Source: Planctomycetota bacterium (GTDB taxonomy: Bacteria; Planctomycetota; B15-G4). Taken from it: 39,482 bases of DNA. The translations under genes were made by a program, and so were the position numbers. This document shows positions 37,712-39,482 of the stretch, piece after piece. Below the pieces are notes generated by a model. It had not been told where the DNA came from and did not search any database. It was given only the letters and a program-made list of their open reading frames with translations. Position 1 is the stretch's first letter. Every line of letters starts with the position of its first letter. The stretch covers positions 1-39,482 of the forward strand of contig JBBQUR010000030.1 of assembly GCA_038212275.1 (NCBI GenBank), read 5' to 3'.

Positions 37712-37731
37712 GATAGGCAGACCCGCCTATC
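37712..37731 (+). other. Short hairpin GATAGGC-N6-GCCTATC after the intI stop
   Basis: Perfect 7-bp stem with no U-tract; function unknown. Confidence 0.5.
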
Positions 37732-37844
37732 ACGTCCCGCCCCAAGGCCCGCCCGCGTGGTTGGCAGTGGCCCAGAAAGGACTTGCCTCGACCTGCCCGC
37801 AAGCCGGCTCGGCGGCTATGCTGGCCCGCTCACTGGATGGAGCC

Positions 37845-37878
37845 GACTATGCAGGTCTCTCGAATACTAGTTAGCTTG
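37845..37878 (+). mobile_element. attI-like recombination site; crossover G/TTAGCT at 37870/37871
   Basis: GTTAGCTTG (37870-37878) is the exact reverse complement of CAAGCTAAC at the start of the next attC. No attC hairpin lies upstream of it. Confidence 0.75.
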
Positions 37879-38253
37879 GCAGGGGAATCAGGTAAATGAG
37901 CGGCCAGCTGAAGCAGGCAATTCGCGGCGGCGCGTTGAGCGCCAGCTCGGTTGCTCGCACGCAGCGCGGCGCAGTCACGCACACTTCCAAGGAGCGGTGC
38001 GTCGGTCAGTTGTCTGGCAGCGCCATCGCACCGCGCCAGGCAGCAGGCCTCGCAAGTGGCCTCATCTCTGCTCAGAGTGCGGGCCGCGGGCTCATGCGTC
38101 GGTTGCTTCTGTCCGGCTCGGCGGCCGCGGGCGGCAATCGCCTGCTGCGCCACCGGCGCTCAAACTCGTGGCAAGCTAACCCGCCACTGCAGCTGACCGG
38201 CTCGCGCGTGTGCCATGCTGCACCACATGGCCGGCAGCTGAGCGGCAGAGCCG
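37871..38253 (+). mobile_element. Integron cassette 1 (383 bp), no recognisable gene
   Basis: Bounded by GTT crossover points at 37870 and 38253, with complementary R boxes. Confidence 0.8.
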
Positions 38254-38259
38254 TTCGGC
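38174..38259 (+). mobile_element. attC site (86 bp)
   Basis: R'' AGCTAAC; left arm CCACT-G-CAGCTG-A-CCGG pairs with right arm CCGG-CAGCTG-AGCGG, leaving two extrahelical bases; R' GTTCGGC. Confidence 0.88.
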
Positions 38260-38294
38260 GAACAACACTTCACTCCACGAGTCGAGGCGCTTGC

Positions 38295-39482
38295 ATGCGA
38301 TATGAGTACGATGACAAGGCGAGGTGGGAGCTGATCCGCCGCGATGATGTCTTGGTTCCGCGGAATGAACAACCGATTGTGCTTGACCTTGCGCAAGCAG
38401 TGGCATGGGTAGAAGAGAATCGGCCTATCCCCTGGATTGGCTCCGCGATCTCGGTTCCCGCCCCATCTGCACTACCGTCTGGAGCGGCGATTTCCAAAGC
38501 GCTCTTCGGTGCGCTGTGCCCGTCGCTTCGAGACCAGTGGGACAGTCTCCAAGACAGCTTCCTGAGTCTTTGGCCTTTGGAGCGGCTATTCGATGCGACC
38601 GACCTGCTCGGCGGGAACCTCAAGGAAGCGGTTCTTGAGTGGTTCGCGCAGGCGGAGAAACTCCGAAAGCCCAATGCACTGCACCATGCGATCGCAGAGT
38701 ACGTTCGTCGCTTCGACATCAATGAGTGCGTGACGACGAACTGGGATTCACTGATTGAAGGTGCAGTACGGCACACGGGACGCTCAAGCAGATCAGTTGG
38801 TGTCGACGGAGGCATTGAAGCCAGCAAAACGAGAGATTTGGAACACGAGCTCCGCGTCTACCATCCCCACGGATCGTTTGCGCAGAGTGATGTTGTGTGT
38901 TCGCATTTCATCCAGGCGCGCGGGGTGCCCATTTGGCCAGCGCGTCAAGGACGGAAGTTCCTGTTCCTCGGATACTCCGGATACGAGCCAAGCATGTACC
39001 CGCATCTGGAGGGTATTGGGAGTATCGGAGCGCTTTGGTGCGTCAGGAGTATGGATGACCTTCACACACGCATGAAGCACAGACTTCTTACGCTCCGCAA
39101 TGCACTAGTCTATGTGGGTGATCTTCGAGAGCTTCTACGAGCAGTCGGTGTTCTTCACTCGGATATCTCCTTCCAGTCAGGCCCGTGGGACTGCCGCTTA
39201 GAGACCCCGAATGGAGATGGAGCCGCGATGGATGGTGTACTTCGAATGTCCATGGGGAGGATGACGCTCGCGGAGGCTTTCGCGTGGGTAGGCAAGGCGG
39301 AAACGGCTGGAGGGTTTGTGCTTCGGCTGCAGTTCCTTTCGGACCATGTCGGGCGTCTAGTTCTATCGGGCTGCCAGGATTCTGACATTGAACGAGTAAT
39401 CACCAGCGTAATATCGAATGCGCCGCCGATCGCAAGCGAATTGCACTGCGTAGACCAATATTGGTTGTGGTATGTCGCGCAC
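38295..39482 (+). CDS. SIR2-family (SIR2_2-like) protein in integron cassette 2; runs off the window end
   Basis: Manually translated; absent from the ORF track because it has no stop. WIGSAISVPAPSALP, PNALHHAIA, VTTNWDSLIE, VYHPHGS and FLFLGYSG motifs. GAGG RBS; visibly lower GC than the rest of the window. Confidence 0.85.
   Translation, partial: MRYEYDDKARWELIRRDDVLVPRNEQPIVLDLAQAVAWVEENRPIPWIGSAISVPAPSALPSGAAISKALFGALCPSLRDQWDSLQDSFLSLWPLERLFDATDLLGGNLKEAVLEWFAQAEKLRKPNALHHAIAEYVRRFDINECVTTNWDSLIEGAVRHTGRSSRSVGVDGGIEASKTRDLEHELRVYHPHGSFAQSDVVCSHFIQARGVPIWPARQGRKFLFLGYSGYEPSMYPHLEGIGSIGALWCVRSMDDLHTRMKHRLLTLRNALVYVGDLRELLRAVGVLHSDISFQSGPWDCRLETPNGDGAAMDGVLRMSMGRMTLAEAFAWVGKAETAGGFVLRLQFLSDHVGRLVLSGCQDSDIERVITSVISNAPPIASELHCVDQYWLWYVAH

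Noticed and set aside
38270..39403. Track ORFs in the last 1.2 kb (38270-38827, 38755-39075, 39155-39403 etc.)
   Set aside because: They overlap the motif-bearing SIR2 frame, which explains the region better.
32059..39482. Functional link between nadC (NAD synthesis) and the SIR2 NADase
   Set aside because: nadC is a core gene about 5 kb away and SIR2 is in a mobile cassette; proximity is probably coincidental.

Overview
Very GC-rich bacterial chromosomal window, tentatively Planctomycetota (inferred from the bL37-like peptide and protein style; not proven). About 38 real genes; most long overlapping ORFs in the track are GC shadows. In order: 3' end of a saccharopine dehydrogenase; an IorAB-type molybdo-oxidoreductase with a di-haem cytochrome c; a methyltransferase; RluA; a MacAB-type ABC exporter; malic enzyme; a DinB/VOC cluster; acyl-CoA dehydrogenase; a 32-aa bL37-like ribosomal protein; LOG; an orphan WYL C-terminal fragment; DUF2071/DCC/hydrolase genes; a class V aminotransferase-CPBP-gamma-CA operon; a degenerate nuclease-fold gene coupled to two ~1000-aa paralogous YfhO/GT-C membrane proteins fused to beta-helix-like domains; a ComEA-like gene, nadC, RsbW-like, VanZ and purB. 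The window ends in an integron whose integrase points towards its array. It has an attI-like junction, a 383-bp cassette with no recognisable gene and a clear attC, then a SIR2-family (likely anti-phage NADase) cassette that the ORF track misses. An ATG in cassette 1 reads in frame through the attC into the SIR2 gene. Short unrelated tandem duplications occur throughout, both inside genes and between them.
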